A stretch of DNA of 64,000 bases from a bacterium (lineage in GTDB: Bacteria; UBA8248), in NCBI GenBank assembly GCA_965203325.1, contig OZ241875.1, positions 96,001-160,000 on the forward strand. Direction: 5' to 3'. The position numbers were made by a program, and so were the translations under genes. Below are positions 18,131 to 28,826 of this stretch, one piece after another. Position 1 is the first letter of the stretch. Every line of letters begins with the position of its first letter. The notes under the pieces are model-generated. The model ran no database searches and was not told the DNA's origin. It saw nothing but the letters and a program-made list of their open reading frames with translations.

Positions 18131-19450
18131 ATGAACGAGGAATCCCGGCCCGAGGAAACGGCCCCGAGAACATTTCACTTCGAAACCAATGCCCTCCATG
18201 CGGGCGCGCGGCCCGACCCCGCCACCGGCGCCAGAGCCGTGCCGATCTACCAATCCACGGGTTTTGTTTTCGACGACGACGAACATGCCGCGGGCCTTTT
18301 CGCCCTGCAGGATTACGGATACGTCTACACGCGCATCGGAAACCCCACCACGAGCGTATTCGAGGAGCGCATCGCCGCGCTGGAGGGAGGCGTCGGCGGG
18401 CTGGCGACGGCCTCGGGTCAGGCCGCCCAGTTCGTCGCGCTGTTCACGCTGACGAACCCGGGGGATGAAATCGTTTCCTCCGCCGCCCTCTACGGGGGCA
18501 CCTACACGCAGTTCGACATCACGCTCAGGAAACTCGGCATCCACACGACATTCGTCGACCCGACGCGACCGGAGGATTTTCAGGCCGCCGTGACGGAGAA
18601 GACGCGCGTGATCTACTGCGAGACGATAGGGAATCCGGCCACCAACATCGCCGATCTGGAAGCCCTCGCGAAAATTGCGGAAGATGCGGGCGTTCCCCTC
18701 GTCGTGGACAACACCTTCGCCACCCCCTACCTCTGCCGCCCCATCGAATGGGGGGCGGACATCGTTTTGCATTCGGCCACGAAATTCATCGACGGGCACG
18801 GCACGAGCATCGGCGGCGTCATGGTGGATTCGGGGCGCTTCGACTGGGCGAACGGGAAGTTTCCCGGCATGGTCGACCCCTCGCCGGGCTATCATGGGCT
18901 GCGGTTTTTCGAAACCTTCGGCGAACTGGGTTTCCTCATGAAGGCGCGCGCGGAGAGCCTGCGCGACATCGGGTCGTGCCTGGGCCCGTTCAACGGTTTC
19001 CTGTTCGCCCAGGGTCTGGAGACCCTGCCCCTGCGGATGGAGCGTCACTGCGCGAACGCGCAGAAGGTGGCCGAGTTCCTCGCACAGGATTCGCGCGTCA
19101 GTTTCGTGAGCTATCCCGGATTGCCGGACAGCCCCGAATACGAAAGAGCGCAAAAGTATCTGCCGAACGGACAGGGTGCCGTTTTTTCCTTCGGCGTCCG
19201 GGGCGGATTCGACCCGGCCGTTCGCTTCATCAACGCCCTTCAGCTGCACAGCCATCTGGCGAACGTCGGCGACGCCAAAAGCCTCATCATCCACCCGGCT
19301 TCGACGACGCACGCCCAGTTGAGCGAGGAGGACTTGAAGGCAGGAAACATCACGCCCGACCTCATCCGGATTTCGGTGGGTCTCGAACATATCGACGACA
19401 TTATCTGGGACCTCGACCAGGCCCTCGATGAGGCGACGAAGAGCGCGTGA
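18131..19450 (+). CDS. metY: O-acetylhomoserine aminocarboxypropyltransferase/sulfhydrylase (copy 2)
   Basis: [60 protein letters not shown]. Confidence 0.9.
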   Translation: MNEESRPEETAPRTFHFETNALHAGARPDPATGARAVPIYQSTGFVFDDDEHAAGLFALQDYGYVYTRIGNPTTSVFEERIAALEGGVGGLATASGQAAQFVALFTLTNPGDEIVSSAALYGGTYTQFDITLRKLGIHTTFVDPTRPEDFQAAVTEKTRVIYCETIGNPATNIADLEALAKIAEDAGVPLVVDNTFATPYLCRPIEWGADIVLHSATKFIDGHGTSIGGVMVDSGRFDWANGKFPGMVDPSPGYHGLRFFETFGELGFLMKARAESLRDIGSCLGPFNGFLFAQGLETLPLRMERHCANAQKVAEFLAQDSRVSFVSYPGLPDSPEYERAQKYLPNGQGAVFSFGVRGGFDPAVRFINALQLHSHLANVGDAKSLIIHPASTTHAQLSEEDLKAGNITPDLIRISVGLEHIDDIIWDLDQALDEATKSA

Positions 19451-19929
19451 TGAAATTTCCCGCATACCAAAACCCGCGCACGATTCGCCGCATCCTGCGG
19501 AATCACCGCCGCGTGGCGATGGTGGGGCTTTCGGCGAACGAATCGAGACCCAGCTATTTCGTGGGCTATTACCTCCAGAGAATGGGTTACGAAGTCATCC
19601 CGGTGAACCCGAGGTACGAGCGGATACTGGGCCGGAAATCCTACCCCGACGTCGCATCGATACCCAAGGCGCCCGACGTGGTGGACGTGTTTCGCAGGCC
19701 GGATGAAATATCGGGAGTGGTCGACGAGGCGATTGAGGTCGGCGCGAAATCGCTGTGGCTTCAATTCGAAGTGGTGAACGAGACCGAAGCCGCCCGCGCG
19801 CAGGCCGCGGGCCTTCTCGTCGTCATGGACAGGTGCATGAAGATCGAACATGGCCGCCTGAGGGGCGGTTTGCATACGGCCGGCATGAGGACCGGCGTCA
19901 TCACCAACCGCCGAGATCCGCTCATTTAG
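19447..19929 (+). CDS. CoA-binding protein (YccU-like)
   Basis: AMVGLS...RPSY.V..YL...GY...PVNP, DVVDVFR, LWLQ, DRCMKIEH; coupled to metY. Confidence 0.9.
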   Translation: MMKFPAYQNPRTIRRILRNHRRVAMVGLSANESRPSYFVGYYLQRMGYEVIPVNPRYERILGRKSYPDVASIPKAPDVVDVFRRPDEISGVVDEAIEVGAKSLWLQFEVVNETEAARAQAAGLLVVMDRCMKIEHGRLRGGLHTAGMRTGVITNRRDPLI

Positions 19930-20302
19930 GGGTTGTTGAAAAGCCGGAGAGAGGAAATTTGTTTGTGTGTAGGGGTCGCATACATGCGACCCAAGCGGAC
20001 GAAGCAAAACCACGTCCGTTGGCCATTTTCCCGCCCGAATTGCGTCCAGCACCCAAGCGGGGGGACATAAGTTCGCGGGCCGCATATATGCGGCCCCTAC
20101 AAGAAACCAAACCTTCGCTTCGATTCGTCATTCCGGCAAACCCTTCCGCATTCGTCGGGCCTGAAACCGGAATGACGAACAAAACTTCATCCCCTCGTAG
20201 GGGCGGTTCGCGAACCGCCCCTACAATCCCATCGCGTCAGACCTCCCTCCCCAGCCAGATCCATCCACCGCACCACAACGTCGGGGCTTTCTCAACAACC
20301 CC
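19929..20302. mobile_element. TIR-bounded REP mosaic (MITE-like)
   Basis: GGGGTTGTTGAAAAGCC (19929) / GGCTTTCTCAACAACCCC (20285-20302); inverted REP doublet 19969-19992 and 20077-20100, CGTC hairpin 20126-20177, palindrome 20197-20224. Confidence 0.8.
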
Positions 20303-20421
20303 TGGCCCGAACATCGGGATGTGGTTTCTTTTCCGTCAGTTAGCCAACTTGCAAAAGCCGGAAAAATCCTTTACAAAATTCTGAGAGGTCTGCCGCTAAG
20401 CCGTTTCTCCACGGGGATGAC

Positions 20422-21108
20422 ATGAAAAGACTCAAGATCCTGATTCTCGGGATGCATCTGTTGCCCCTCTGCGTAGTCACATCCGCCGCCCCCGAAGAAA
20501 GATTTCTCGTCGAAATGAGGGCAATATCCGGTCAGCCCCACATCGTTTTCTCGCGCGGCAGAAAAGTTTTCCTGAGAGGCAAACGCTCAATGCTCCCCGG
20601 CGACCACATCGTCACGAGCGCGAGCTCGCGGGCGCTCGTTCATTTTCGGCGGCGTCCGGGTTGCGAGCTCGTGGTGGAGCCGAACACTTCCTTCGAGTTA
20701 GTGGGCATGAAGCGGGGCGGCGCGTATGCCGCGAGACTGAACAGGGGCACGGTGAAGTGCGGTAAAGCGTCCTGCGGGCTGAGCTTGAGCGTAATGACGC
20801 CCGCGGGAGTGGTACGCGGCAAGGGGGTAGAGTTCGCCCTGAAAGCCTACAGGCACTTCACCACCGTGACCCTCAAAAAAGGGCGAATGCGCCTGCTGGT
20901 CGGCGGACAAGCCGTCCCGTTGCGCGAGATGACGCGCACAACGGTTTCAAGAACAGGGGGGCACCGCATCGCCACGATATACGGCGGCCCCCCCCGGGTA
21001 CCCAGCCTCTTCTCCCCCCTTCCCCTTCCCGGAATTTCCCCCGCTCATACGAAACGCCGTTTCCGAGACAAATACATTTCCCCGGCATCGGTGACGCGAA
21101 GCCCTTGA
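20422..21108 (+). CDS. Exported FecR-like domain protein
   Basis: Signal-peptide-like N-terminus, GDHIVT..SRA, EPNTSF, L.RG.V, V.TPAG...KG.EF, V....GR (FecR beta-domain pattern). Confidence 0.6.
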   Translation: MKRLKILILGMHLLPLCVVTSAAPEERFLVEMRAISGQPHIVFSRGRKVFLRGKRSMLPGDHIVTSASSRALVHFRRRPGCELVVEPNTSFELVGMKRGGAYAARLNRGTVKCGKASCGLSLSVMTPAGVVRGKGVEFALKAYRHFTTVTLKKGRMRLLVGGQAVPLREMTRTTVSRTGGHRIATIYGGPPRVPSLFSPLPLPGISPAHTKRRFRDKYISPASVTRSP

Positions 21109-21229
21109 CGAAAGCAACGCTTAAGCCTTACTACATAGCCTGACATATTTCTTTCGCCGAGAACCCGGCGCGGTTCGGCCTGCTCGCCCGGACGCGACCG
21201 GGCCTTTTGCGCGAAACATTTCTTTCGGT

Positions 21230-21306
<77 letters not shown>

Positions 21307-21357
21307 TTTTTACCCATCACCGATGTTCGGATGGCGCATCCGGCGAGGAGGCGAGAG

Positions 21358-22266
21358 GTGGAGCTTGGTTTCATTGGCCTGGGAAGGATGGGAAGCGAAA
21401 TTTGCGCCCATCTCATTCGCGCCGGTCATGAAGTAACAGCTTACGACGTCCGGGAAGAAGCCACGCTGGAGGCCGAGAACAAAGGCGCGCGCCCGGGACG
21501 CAGCCCGGCGGACGTGGCTTCGCGCTCGGAAATCGTTTTCACGTCCTTGCCGCACCCGAACATATCGCGCGAGGTGATTCTGGGTGAGGAGGGAATTCTG
21601 GCGGGTGCGCGCGAAGGCGCGCTTCTGGCGGAGACGAGCACCGTCTCCCCTTCCCTCATTCAGGAACTCGCCCCGGTGGTGAAAGCGCAAGGGGCCGAAT
21701 TGATGGATGCCGCCGTGAGCGGCGGCGTACAGGGGGCGCAGGCGGGCACCCTCACCCTCATGGTGGGCGGCGGCGAGGAGGGCTTCGAGAGGCTCAAGCC
21801 CCTGCTCGCGCATTTCGGAAAGAACATCTTTCACTGCGGCGGGTCCGGCATGGGCATGTTGTTCAAGGTCGTGAACAACATGCTCTCGCACGTGAACCTC
21901 GCGGCGCTGACCGAGGCCATGGCCCTGGGCGTCGCGGCGGGGGCCGACCCCGATTTGCTCTGCGACGTCATCGCCGTCAGTTCGGGCCGCAGCCGCCAGG
22001 TGGAGGACAGGCTCAGAAAGCACATCCTGCCGGGGGAGTTCACGCCCGGCATGACGACCGACCTCGCGACGAAAGACTCCGACCTGTGCCTCGAGCTGGC
22101 CCGCGAGCTTCGCGTTCCCACCTTCATCGCAAGCGCGACGCACCACGTCTATGAAATGGCGATTCAGAGAGGATACGGGGCCGAAGAATACGCCTCGCTC
22201 ATCAAACTCTGGGAGGAATGGCTGGACATCGAGGTGCGCTCTCCCGGCGCCGGGAGGGATTCCTGA
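21358..22266 (+). CDS. Beta-hydroxyacid dehydrogenase (3-hydroxyisobutyrate / tartronate-semialdehyde reductase family)
   Basis: GFIGLGRMG, DAAVSGG..GA..GTLTLMVGG, KVVNN, KD; start GTG 21358 (the ORF-track start runs through the tRNA). Confidence 0.9.
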   Translation: MELGFIGLGRMGSEICAHLIRAGHEVTAYDVREEATLEAENKGARPGRSPADVASRSEIVFTSLPHPNISREVILGEEGILAGAREGALLAETSTVSPSLIQELAPVVKAQGAELMDAAVSGGVQGAQAGTLTLMVGGGEEGFERLKPLLAHFGKNIFHCGGSGMGMLFKVVNNMLSHVNLAALTEAMALGVAAGADPDLLCDVIAVSSGRSRQVEDRLRKHILPGEFTPGMTTDLATKDSDLCLELARELRVPTFIASATHHVYEMAIQRGYGAEEYASLIKLWEEWLDIEVRSPGAGRDS

Positions 22267-22328
22267 AATTCGCCGCAGAAGCCTCCCGTGAGATTCACAA
22301 GCCCTCGCCCGCCGCAACGTAAAGGACG

Positions 22329-22889
22329 ATGAAAATGACGCCAGAAGAGATGTTCGATGAGGCTTTCGATTCGGCTTTCGAGGACAGGAAAAACCTGATC
22401 GCCTTTCTGGAGGGAATAGACACCGTCCACGTGCACTGGCAGCCTCCCGACGGCGAATGGTCCCTGCACCAGAATCTCGAGCACATCCTTTTGACGGACG
22501 CGTATTACGCGCGCTTCATCGAGAAAAGGCTCGCCGAAGCGGCGGAGTCCGGCTCGTGGGATACGGCGCCCGACAACCCCGAGAAGATGAGCCGCGAGGC
22601 GCTCAGACGCCGGGAGCAGGGATATGTTCCGGCGCCCGACTTTTTAATCCCGAAGGGCGAAGGCGATTTCCGCGAGATGATCACCAAACTCACCCCCAAC
22701 AGGGAGGCGGTTCACCGGATGATGCTCCCCCACCGTAGCACCGACATGAGCCGCTATATGCATGAGCATTTCCGCTACGGCGACCTCAATATCTACGACC
22801 GCATCGTCTACTCGGGCACGCACGACTATCTCCACCAGGACCAGATGACGCGCGTCCTCAAGGCGCCGGGCTATCCGGGAAGCGGATGA
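22329..22889 (+). CDS. DinB/YfiT-superfamily metalloprotein
   Basis: GEWSLHQNLEHI ... H..YG ... HDYLH..Q histidine triad. Confidence 0.8.
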   Translation: MKMTPEEMFDEAFDSAFEDRKNLIAFLEGIDTVHVHWQPPDGEWSLHQNLEHILLTDAYYARFIEKRLAEAAESGSWDTAPDNPEKMSREALRRREQGYVPAPDFLIPKGEGDFREMITKLTPNREAVHRMMLPHRSTDMSRYMHEHFRYGDLNIYDRIVYSGTHDYLHQDQMTRVLKAPGYPGSG

Positions 22890-22923
22890 TAAGGCCACCC
22901 TCAACATCTCCCGGAATCCGTCG

Positions 22924-24324
22924 ATGAGCGACTGGACGATTACGTCGCTGCGTGACGCCTACCGCGCCGGTGAAGTTTCTCCCGTCGAAGTCGTCGACGA
23001 CGCCCTCGCCCTCATCAAAAAATGGAACCTCAAGCTTCGGGCCTATCTGCACGTCAGCGAAAGGGAGATGCGCCGGGCGGCACGGGAATCCGAGCGAAGG
23101 TTCCGCTTCGGCGATGAACTCGGGCCCCTCGACGGGATTCCCGTGGCCTACAAGGACCTCTGCCATATCCCGGAAACGCCCACGACTTGCGGAAGCGTGA
23201 TGTTCGAAGACGATCCGCCCGCCGATGCGGTATCGAGCGTCTGGAAGCGCCTCGACGAAGCCGGAACCGTCAACATGGGGAAACTCAACATGGCGGAACT
23301 CGCCATGGGGCCGACGGGACGCAACAAACATTTCGGCGACCCGCAGAATCCCTGGAAACAGGGTTACGTTACGGGCGGTTCGAGCAGCGGGTCGGGATGC
23401 GCGGTGGCCGCAGGAGTGTCGCTGGCCGCAATCGGCACGGACACGGGCGGCTCCATCCGGCTGCCGGCGGCGTTTTGCGGCGTGGTGGGCATGAAGCCCA
23501 CGAACGGCCGCGTGAGCAGACACGGGGGGATGCCGCTCTCGTGGACGCTCGACACCTTCGGCCCGCTCACGCGAACGGTGGCGGACAACGCGCTGGTGCT
23601 CACAGCCATTGCGGGTGCGGACCCCTTGGACGCGAGCGCGAGCACGCGGCCCGTTCCCGATTACACCCAGGTGCTCGGCGAGAGCATATCGGGCGCTCGC
23701 GTGGGCGTTTTGGAAGGCGCGGCGTTGGGCGGCGTTTCCGAGGAGGTGCGGACGGCTTATGAGGATGTGTGCAATGCGCTCGAACGCCTGGGTGCTTCTC
23801 TCGTCCCGATGCCACCTCCCCGGGCGGAAGAGCTCGAAGAACTCGCCAACACGATCTTCAAGTACGAGGCGCTGATGATACACGGCGAGCGTCTGGAGAA
23901 ATACGCGGATAAGGTGACGCTGGAAATTTTAGCGCGCCTGGAAGCCGGGCGCGGGGTTCATTCTGCCGAATACCGCGCCGCGCTCGCGAGGCGAGAGGAG
24001 TTGATCCGCCATTACGCACGCGAGGTGTTCTCCGCCGTGGACGTTCTGGCCGGCCCGACGACGCCCGTGCCCGCGCCCTCGCACGCGCAGGCGCGCACCG
24101 AAGCCGAGGGGCTGATCGCCTCCCTCACGCGCTTCACGCGCTGGGTCAACACCCTCGGCGCGCCCGCCATATCCCTGCCCTGGGGGTTTTCGGGAGACGG
24201 ACTGCCGCTCGCAGTCCAGTTCGTCGGTCCTCACTTCAGCGAAGGCACGCTCTACAGAATCGCCCACGCCCTGGAGGGGGAAAGCGGGGGGTGGTCGAGG
24301 TCTCCTGATTTCAAGTCTTTTTGA
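22924..24324 (+). CDS. Amidase-signature family enzyme
   Basis: GPLDGIPVAYKD, GKLNM.E.A, GGSSSGS, GTDTGGSIRLPA. Confidence 0.93.
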   Translation: MSDWTITSLRDAYRAGEVSPVEVVDDALALIKKWNLKLRAYLHVSEREMRRAARESERRFRFGDELGPLDGIPVAYKDLCHIPETPTTCGSVMFEDDPPADAVSSVWKRLDEAGTVNMGKLNMAELAMGPTGRNKHFGDPQNPWKQGYVTGGSSSGSGCAVAAGVSLAAIGTDTGGSIRLPAAFCGVVGMKPTNGRVSRHGGMPLSWTLDTFGPLTRTVADNALVLTAIAGADPLDASASTRPVPDYTQVLGESISGARVGVLEGAALGGVSEEVRTAYEDVCNALERLGASLVPMPPPRAEELEELANTIFKYEALMIHGERLEKYADKVTLEILARLEAGRGVHSAEYRAALARREELIRHYAREVFSAVDVLAGPTTPVPAPSHAQARTEAEGLIASLTRFTRWVNTLGAPAISLPWGFSGDGLPLAVQFVGPHFSEGTLYRIAHALEGESGGWSRSPDFKSF

Positions 24325-24451
24325 TCTGGCTTGAGCGCATCGCTAGATGCGTCATGGCGGGGCGCAAGGACCGGTTGGATTCGTACACCGCCGGTTTGCT
24401 CGCGCCCCGGGAGTGGGCGCGCTCTCCTCGTCCTACCCAGCCGCGCATCGA

Positions 24452-24840
24452 CCTCACCCCAAGTAGTGTTCCCCTTCCCTCACCCTGAGTAGCGGCCCCT
24501 CGACTTCACTCGGGACAGGGCTCCGCCCTCCACTTTCCTCATCCTGAGTAGCCGCCGAAGGCGGCGTATCGAAGGATGCCTCTCGCACGCCGGAGAGATG
24601 CGCCTTTTGACCCTCCCTCCTCGGTCGGATCAAACCTTCGATACAAACGCTCCTTCATCAGTCGCGCTTGACCTACGCGCCTACTCAGGATGAGGGTGTC
24701 AGGACTTCTGCGAAGCCTGCTGCCGTAACCGGGTTTTTCAACAGCCCCGCACATGCGTCCCTTTGCTTTTGATCGTCATTCCGGCAAACACTCCTGATTG
24801 CGGGAAGGATCAACAACCCCGCGAGGGGCTTTTCAACCCG
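24452..24840. repeat. Repeat mosaic: TCAYCCTGAGTAG...GTATCGAAGG / CCTTCGATAC...CTACTCAGGATGAGG doublet, CGTC half-site and several TIR right ends
   Basis: Module starts near 24452, 24478 and 24537; partner ends at 24695; TTTTTCAACAGCCCC at 24734-24748; same doublet at 51804-52056 and 53318-53422. Confidence 0.75.
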
Positions 24841-24858
24841 AAAAGCGAGAGTTTCAGG

Positions 24859-25130
24859 GCGCATTTGCCCGTATTTGCGGGACGCGCACAGGAGGGGATT
24901 TCGGTATGATGGCGAAGCCGCTCGCTTCGTCCGGGAATATGGAATTTCCGAAAAATTCGATAAAATCAGATAAATTCACGGTGTTTTTCGATAAATTGCT
25001 GAAAATTTTCGAGGGGAAATGCGGGGCGCTGCGGGGAAATGCGGGGGTGAAAATCTCCCGCCCGCAGAAACACCGTGAGGATAACACGGTCCGGCGGGCG
25101 CGTGCGCAACGGCAAATGCGGGGAATTGCG
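24859..25130. repeat. Cluster of 10-bp-phased motifs (TTCGATAAAT and AAATGCGGGG)
   Basis: TTCGATAAA at 24956 and 24987; AAATGCGGGG at 25017, 25037 and 25114; inverted copy at 24859-24880; related cluster at 51269-51612. Confidence 0.55.
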
Positions 25131-25274
25131 CCGCGGAACTTATGTGGGCTTTATCTAATTCGGATTCCAGGAATCATGCTCTAAATAATTGATATGAAAG
25201 GCTTACATGTATATTCGGAGGGGAATGCGTTTGCTAGAGATGTCAGGTCCAGACGCCCGGCGAGAAAATGAATC

Positions 25275-27137
25275 CTATGAGGTCCCCTCTTCGGTTTGCT
25301 TCTCTTTCTCCCAATCTTTCAGTGACTTGGGCAGCTTGTCCTCATTCCATTTCCTTGTGATTCGGTAGACCTTCCCGCCTTCCCTCAGGTAGAAGAACTC
25401 AGAGCCCGCCTTCTCCGCGAAGCGATACGGGCCCCACGCGCCGTGGCGTACGTCCTTTCCCGAGAGCTCGACGATAAAGTCTTTGAAATCAGGTGCTTCG
25501 CCGGGTTTCGCCTCTCCTTCCCTCTCGAAATCCCTGAGTGCGCCGATGAGGTCTTCCACGTTGCCCGACTCCGCTTCCATCCCCTCGGGGGAGACGAAGC
25601 GCCAGGCTTCGCCGAAGCGCTCGAGTTTCATGGAGGTATTGTTCGGAAAACGCGCCGTAACTTCTGTAATTTCAGTATCTTTCGCGTACCTGAGCAAGCG
25701 CCGCTCGCTCAGGAAATAGGGCGTCTTCGTAATCTTGTCATAATCTTCTTTCTTGAGGGCGAATATGCGTTTTTCTCCCCGGATTCGGCCGTACGCTCTT
25801 TTCTCCCCCTCGAGGAAGCGCCCGATAATCAAGGACTTATCCTCAAGCGGCCCGTCTTCTTTCTTCTTCAGCCAGAGGGTGTAGCGAAGCGGCGCTCCCT
25901 CCCCGTCCGCTCGCGCCAAGCCGTATTTCGACAAGTCGTCTCCGGGGTCATCCACGTAGTCAATCGAATTGATCCACTTGATGTCCCACATGAGGTCATC
26001 CACGTGCTTGTGGCGGCCGATGAGATTTTCCTCCTTCCCATCCGCACCTCTGACGTGGAGGTCCCACTTCTTTTTCGCCTTTCGGAGGATGTCTAGTTTT
26101 TGAGCGTCCGATTCAATCAAGATGCGCTTGACGTGGTCGACGTCATAATCGATGACGGTTTTGTGCCGTAAGGAAAATACGGATTTCGGCAAGTCCTTGA
26201 CCGTTTTTTCATTGATGAGCATTACGGGGCCGCCGGAGAGCCTCCTGGCGTAATAATACGCTTTTGGTTTTTTTTGGCCGCTCTTCGGCCCGGGCGCCTC
26301 TACTTTTCTGTCGCCCAGGATGACGCCGTCTGCGGGTTTTTGCTTGTCTTCGGTGAAAATACGCACAGTGAGTCCTGGTTTATCCAGACCGTAAGGAGCG
26401 AGATTCTTCGGCTTTTCCTCAACGAATCTTTGCACCTTGTCCCATCTGAGAGTAGATACGATGCCCTCCGAATCAATGGCGTCGGCCCTGTCCTCGATGG
26501 GCTTGACCAGCGCCCACTTGTCTTTGCTCTTGCGGACGACGGTGAAACCGCTGCCGCCTTGAGGCTCGACAATCACCTTTTGCGCGCTTTCGGGCATCAC
26601 GGGAACGATCGATCTATCCCGAATGCTGAATACCGTTTTATCGAATTCGGCGATGTCGGAAAGCTGGAGGGTAAAGATTTCCGGGACCTTCGCCAGAGCG
26701 GCATACCGGAACTCGCGCGTGGGGGTTCTGTCCCCAATCTCGACGGAAATATCGTCCTTGTCTTTCAGCCCAAACGTAATTTTCATCCTGGGCTTGTCCA
26801 TTCCAAACTCCGCTCTGTCTTTTACGTCTCCGATGCGCCGACGTTCGCGGAGTTTCGTCGCCGCTTCCAGGAGTTTTTCGAGCGCATCGGAATCGACGGC
26901 AGCGTCAACGGGTTTAACGAAACGCCACCCTTTCTCCGTCCGGATAATCTGGTATGGTTCTTCTTCTCTCGTTACGTCGATTCTTATCAGCGCCTTCTCG
27001 TCAATTCCTTTCAGGAGCTTGACCTTGCGCTCCTCGGCCTCGCGCTCCTCGGCCGCCCATTTCACGTCGTAGACGTAGTACGCGCCACCCAGGACCACCA
27101 AAACCAATAGTAATATGAGATTTTTCTTGGGGTTCAC
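25275..27137 (-). CDS. DUF4340-domain membrane-anchored protein (ABC exporter accessory)
   Basis: N-terminal TM helix; repeated W....P....AD...V..L and YGL..P....IG units; last gene of the Gld-like ABC operon. Confidence 0.8.
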   Translation of the reverse strand: MNPKKNLILLLVLVVLGGAYYVYDVKWAAEEREAEERKVKLLKGIDEKALIRIDVTREEEPYQIIRTEKGWRFVKPVDAAVDSDALEKLLEAATKLRERRRIGDVKDRAEFGMDKPRMKITFGLKDKDDISVEIGDRTPTREFRYAALAKVPEIFTLQLSDIAEFDKTVFSIRDRSIVPVMPESAQKVIVEPQGGSGFTVVRKSKDKWALVKPIEDRADAIDSEGIVSTLRWDKVQRFVEEKPKNLAPYGLDKPGLTVRIFTEDKQKPADGVILGDRKVEAPGPKSGQKKPKAYYYARRLSGGPVMLINEKTVKDLPKSVFSLRHKTVIDYDVDHVKRILIESDAQKLDILRKAKKKWDLHVRGADGKEENLIGRHKHVDDLMWDIKWINSIDYVDDPGDDLSKYGLARADGEGAPLRYTLWLKKKEDGPLEDKSLIIGRFLEGEKRAYGRIRGEKRIFALKKEDYDKITKTPYFLSERRLLRYAKDTEITEVTARFPNNTSMKLERFGEAWRFVSPEGMEAESGNVEDLIGALRDFEREGEAKPGEAPDFKDFIVELSGKDVRHGAWGPYRFAEKAGSEFFYLREGGKVYRITRKWNEDKLPKSLKDWEKEKQTEEGTS

Positions 27138-28822
27138 CGCAGTTGCCTTCTCCTGACGTAGACGGCGGCTCCGATGAGGATGATGAACAACGGCATGACC
27201 CAGACGGTGAACAAGTGAACGAACCGCCCTTCCCCGCCGGCCAATACGAGAGGTTCGCCCGTACGGCTTTTGGGACGAATGCTGATCAGGTCTTTCTCGC
27301 CGCCGAGCCAGTTCACGGTGTTGAGCACGAGATTTACATTGCCCTGGGTGCCGATGAAAGCATCACTCGCAAAATCGGCATCCCCGAACACGACAATCCG
27401 GGCTTCGTTCTTATCGTTGGTTTTCTTATTGGAGACAGGTGTTTTCGAATCATCGGGAGAGCCCTGCCCCTGCGCAAGCTTGTAAAGATCGAGCGTGACG
27501 GTGACGGCGGCTCCTACCGGCACAGGGCCATCTTTCCTGGTTTTCGGATCGAAGTGAAGTTGCCCGTTTTGGATGCCGACGCTCTCGACAGTAAAGCTCC
27601 CGGCGCCCGTTTTGACCAACTCTTCGGAATGAAGCCCCGCCTTGGGCATACCCTTGGCGGAGACCTTTCTCACCGTTGGAAATACAGTAGCGAAACCCTT
27701 CAATTGCCTGGTGATTTCGTGCAGTCCGTAGTTAACGGCGAACGGCGTGATGATATTTCCACCCGCCAATTCAAAGCGAACGGATTCAGGGTCGACGACG
27801 AAAGATTGGGGAATTTCGAACCCGTATCTCTCCAGGAGCGCAGTCAGACGCCCCGGCTGCATATCGGGCTCCAGTAAAACGAGGAGTCTTCCGCCGGATT
27901 TGATGTAATCGTCGATATACTTGATCTCGGTTTCTTCCAACTCTTTTTTGGGGGCCGCGATAATCAACATGCTGGCGTTATCGGGCACGCCCTTTTTTCT
28001 GAGCAGCAGGAGTTCCTCCACCTGGTAGTTGTCATCCCGCATGCCGATGGCCAGCGCCCTCATCGCCTCGCGCCCCTGCCCTGTGAACAGGCGTTCTCCA
28101 TGGCCTGTGAGGTAATATACGCGTTTTTGCTCGGATTGGATCGTTTTCAGTATCGCATTGGCGATCGCGTTTTCTGAAAGGTCGAATATCTTCTCCGATC
28201 GGAAGGTCGGTTTCTTCTCCTGTCCAGCGGAATTCGATTTGTTCTGTTTCTCGGCTTCTTCTTTGTTGAAATGGTGAACCACGACCAATGTGCCATAGGC
28301 GTCTACTTCATACTTCTTGGCGGTTCGCGGGGAGGCGTCCAGGTCCAGAAACCGGAAAGAGACTTGTTGCGATGTCCGGGTATATTGCTCCAAAATTTCC
28401 GTTATCGCAGGTTCTTCAAGTTTGCGGGTGAAGGCGATGATTTCGATCCGCCTTTTTTCTCTATCGAGTTTGTTCAACAGGTTCATGGTTTTCGCGGACA
28501 AGCTGTAGAAATTTCCAGGCGTGACGTCCCAACGCTTGAAGTGTTTTACGCTCACCAGTTCAACGACAACCAAAATAGCTGTCACCACAACGACCATGAG
28601 CGCGACCTGTATGCCCGTTCTGGTCGAGCGGAGCCGAATGCCGCCTTGGAGCTCGCGGCGTGAAATCCACACCGTATACGCGAAACAAACGATTCCCAGG
28701 GCGATGGTAGCGTACGCCCATCGGGGAGGATCGGAAAACTGGTCATGCCCGGCCCAGCCGGATATGCCAATCAGCAATAAGGCGGCTGAGGCGATGAACA
28801 AGTAAAGATTTCTGTTTTCCAT
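27134..28822 (-). CDS. GldG-like ABC transporter auxiliary component
   Basis: RWDVT....YSLS..T, VYYLTGHGE, GGRLLVLLEP, RIVVFGDADF, N..NWL...DLISIRPK, C-terminal TM helix; start ATG 28822. Confidence 0.85.
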   Translation of the reverse strand: MENRNLYLFIASAALLLIGISGWAGHDQFSDPPRWAYATIALGIVCFAYTVWISRRELQGGIRLRSTRTGIQVALMVVVVTAILVVVELVSVKHFKRWDVTPGNFYSLSAKTMNLLNKLDREKRRIEIIAFTRKLEEPAITEILEQYTRTSQQVSFRFLDLDASPRTAKKYEVDAYGTLVVVHHFNKEEAEKQNKSNSAGQEKKPTFRSEKIFDLSENAIANAILKTIQSEQKRVYYLTGHGERLFTGQGREAMRALAIGMRDDNYQVEELLLLRKKGVPDNASMLIIAAPKKELEETEIKYIDDYIKSGGRLLVLLEPDMQPGRLTALLERYGFEIPQSFVVDPESVRFELAGGNIITPFAVNYGLHEITRQLKGFATVFPTVRKVSAKGMPKAGLHSEELVKTGAGSFTVESVGIQNGQLHFDPKTRKDGPVPVGAAVTVTLDLYKLAQGQGSPDDSKTPVSNKKTNDKNEARIVVFGDADFASDAFIGTQGNVNLVLNTVNWLGGEKDLISIRPKSRTGEPLVLAGGEGRFVHLFTVWVMPLFIILIGAAVYVRRRQLR

Positions 28823-28826
28823 GTTC

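Noticed and set aside
22924..24324. gatA assignment for the amidase
   Set aside because: No gatB or gatC neighbours and the GatA-specific RYDG/RRI..G segment is missing
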